From Rhodosorus marinus CCMP1338 (lineage: Eukaryota; Plantae; Rhodophyta): a DNA stretch of 64,000 nt. The notes under the pieces are model-generated. The model saw only the letters and a program-made list of their open reading frames with translations, was not told the DNA's origin and made no database searches. How positions within the stretch are numbered: the first letter of the stretch is position 1; every line of letters starts with the position of its first letter. The stretch lies in NCBI GenBank assembly GCA_029953675.1, contig JAMWBK010000004.1, positions 2,294,001 to 2,358,000 of the forward strand, given 5' to 3'. The translations under genes and the position numbers were made by a program. This document shows, one piece after another, positions 62,156 to 64,000 of this stretch.

Positions 62156-63115
62156 ATGGAAGTTTGCGAAGTTTGTGGAGTGCTCGTAAGCACGTCAACG
62201 GCGAAGGGCATAAAGCAGCATCTCAGATCAAAACCTCATAAGGATGCCTTGAGGCATGGGAGAAAGGAGGTCGAGAAGAAGGTCGCTGTTTCCTGTCAGC
62301 TACACGGCTTTGAGGATGCTGGCATGAATGAGCTTCCAGTAGTCCATCCGAGGGAGCTTGAGCCTGTGGAGAGTAGCTTTTTGGATCCAGACGGGTTTGT
62401 GGTCTGTTTGCCACCCCGTCTTGTGCAGAACCCGAAAAAGCACATGAGCTCAGGGTATCCGTTCCTGACCTTGAAAGCCTTGCCCCACAGCCGGGAAGAT
62501 CGGGTCATAGACCTTGATATCGGCCAAGTAGTTGAGACTTGCTGCTGTGCTGGTGGTAGGAGACTTCCGAATGTGGATATTAACGGCGAAAACATCTGCG
62601 TGAAATCGCACCCGGAGGCTCTCACGCTTCTCCGGTCAGCTATAGATGAGAAGAGGCCATTCTGGGCTTCTGTCCAAGCCGATAGCGAGGTAGCTCACCC
62701 AGAGTGGTGGCCGGCGGATAGGATGGTTCCAACTTATACCAACATTCTCATCACGCAGGGAGAGACTTGTGGAATTGGAATGCACATTGATGTGGATCAC
62801 TACGCAAACTCGGGACCAGTCATCGACACCTACCTGACGATCATCAAAGGTTCGAAGCAGGTTCTAATGTTCCCTCCCAATGGGTCCAAGGAACACGAGC
62901 AGATTGGCTCTAGCAGTCTCCCCAAGCTGCTGACCAAGGACCAGCTAGAGAGGATCGTGGAAGGCAACGGATACTTCTTCACGCTGAGCGCCGATCCGCG
63001 ACCAAGGACCCTGTTCATACCTCGGGCATGGCACCACTGGCTAGTGTCCACTTCTTCAGAATCTATTGCCTTCACGTCTTCCGTGTATAGACGAAGTCCT
63101 GATAGCGCTGTCTAG
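62156..63115 (+). CDS. U1/matrin-type C2H2 zinc finger fused to a JmjC/cupin 2-oxoglutarate oxygenase-like domain
   Basis: CEVCGVLV...KQHLRSKPHK at the N-terminus. GIGMHID, IKGSKQVLMFPP and TLFIPRAWHHWL give the HxD...H facial triad. Confidence 0.8.
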   Translation: MEVCEVCGVLVSTSTAKGIKQHLRSKPHKDALRHGRKEVEKKVAVSCQLHGFEDAGMNELPVVHPRELEPVESSFLDPDGFVVCLPPRLVQNPKKHMSSGYPFLTLKALPHSREDRVIDLDIGQVVETCCCAGGRRLPNVDINGENICVKSHPEALTLLRSAIDEKRPFWASVQADSEVAHPEWWPADRMVPTYTNILITQGETCGIGMHIDVDHYANSGPVIDTYLTIIKGSKQVLMFPPNGSKEHEQIGSSSLPKLLTKDQLERIVEGNGYFFTLSADPRPRTLFIPRAWHHWLVSTSSESIAFTSSVYRRSPDSAV

Positions 63116-63545
63116 CTCGAGAATCTTAGAGACCGTGGCCTGCAGCCCCACGATGCTGACTACTAAAAACTTACAGCATGTTCCAATGAGAAAAGGCATC
63201 GAACAAGGCGATTCAAAAGATGTCCACCAACTAACATTAGAGCATTAGTGGTGAGTTCGTCCCACTTCCACATCGGTTGATGAACCCGGATCGTCCAGAC
63301 AAAGCATATGTCATCTCGAGCTCATGATACCCCTCCAATCTCCAAGCCACGACGTCGCTCGCTGTCATCTGTGAGCAAGACTTAGAAGTTACACCGAACT
63401 CACCCGTGGTCGTTTGTACAGGTTGAGCCGCAGTATCGTGATGCCTTTGGAGTTCAGAACGCCGGAAAGCCTTGACCAAGTATTGCTCCAAAAGCTCTGA
63501 ATGTAATGACACACAAACAAGAACAGATCGAGAACATCCTTCCCT

Positions 63546-63604
63546 TCCACTGTGGGGAGATACAGTTCCAGTTTGGGACTGGAAATGTATCTCCCAACAG
63601 TGGA
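63546..63604. other. Inverted repeat/hairpin: 27-bp stem with 2 mismatches, 5-nt loop
   Basis: tccactgtggggagatacagttccagt-ttggg-actggaaatgtatctcccaacagtgga. Confidence 0.9.
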
Positions 63605-64000
63605 TTCCTCCCCCCCCCGGTGGACTTAATGTGAAATTTTTGCCACGTTTTTCTACTATTTTTCTTTTCTCTCAACCGAGGAGCAAGCGTCGATTGGTCC
63701 AAGGGTTGTACCTTCAAAGGACCATTAACCCCCCTTCTAAAACAAAAATGTATTCATGAAATAAACGGATGACTAGATTTCTATTTACAGAAACCATATA
63801 CTGGGTACAATAACCGTAAACGTAAGGACATTCTTAAAAGAGACGGGACGGGGGTTGGGCGCGGGAAGTTGCCGATCTGTTTAATTTCCAATGTTTTTCT
63901 CTAAACTAAATTTTTCATGTGCGGACGACATGATCTGTACTCAGGATCATCTAAAATCCGATGGGACTGCTCTAATTTTATAATAATAAGAGACGGTTCT

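Overview
Gene-dense eukaryotic nuclear DNA with many short (about 45-160 nt) GT-AG introns, AT-rich intergenic gaps and plastid-targeted genes. Red-algal affinity is an inference from gene content and intron style and was not tested. About 22 protein genes can be supported: two tandem START/SRPBCC paralogs, a catalytically dead alpha/beta-hydrolase, TRAPPC10/TRS130, a probable seipin, CRTISO, a plastid S1-domain protein, a bZIP-PAS factor, UPF1, an NDUFAF7-family methyltransferase, a UBL-WLM-UBA-UBA protease, a double ABM-like protein, VPS33, an ADP/ATP carrier, RAB7, SPT5, a small AroQ chorismate mutase, an AFR/SAP30-like protein, ORC4, a ZnF-JmjC protein, and a few orphan ORFs. The most unusual non-coding feature is a repeat-spacer array at 15799-16253: 8 degenerate copies of a ~26-bp core separated by unique 18-32 bp spacers. 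It is followed by a 2x101-bp tandem duplication. Two long near-perfect hairpins lie at 24910-24993 and 63546-63604. No tRNA, rRNA, transposase or cas gene was recognised. All exon models were read by eye; no searches were run.
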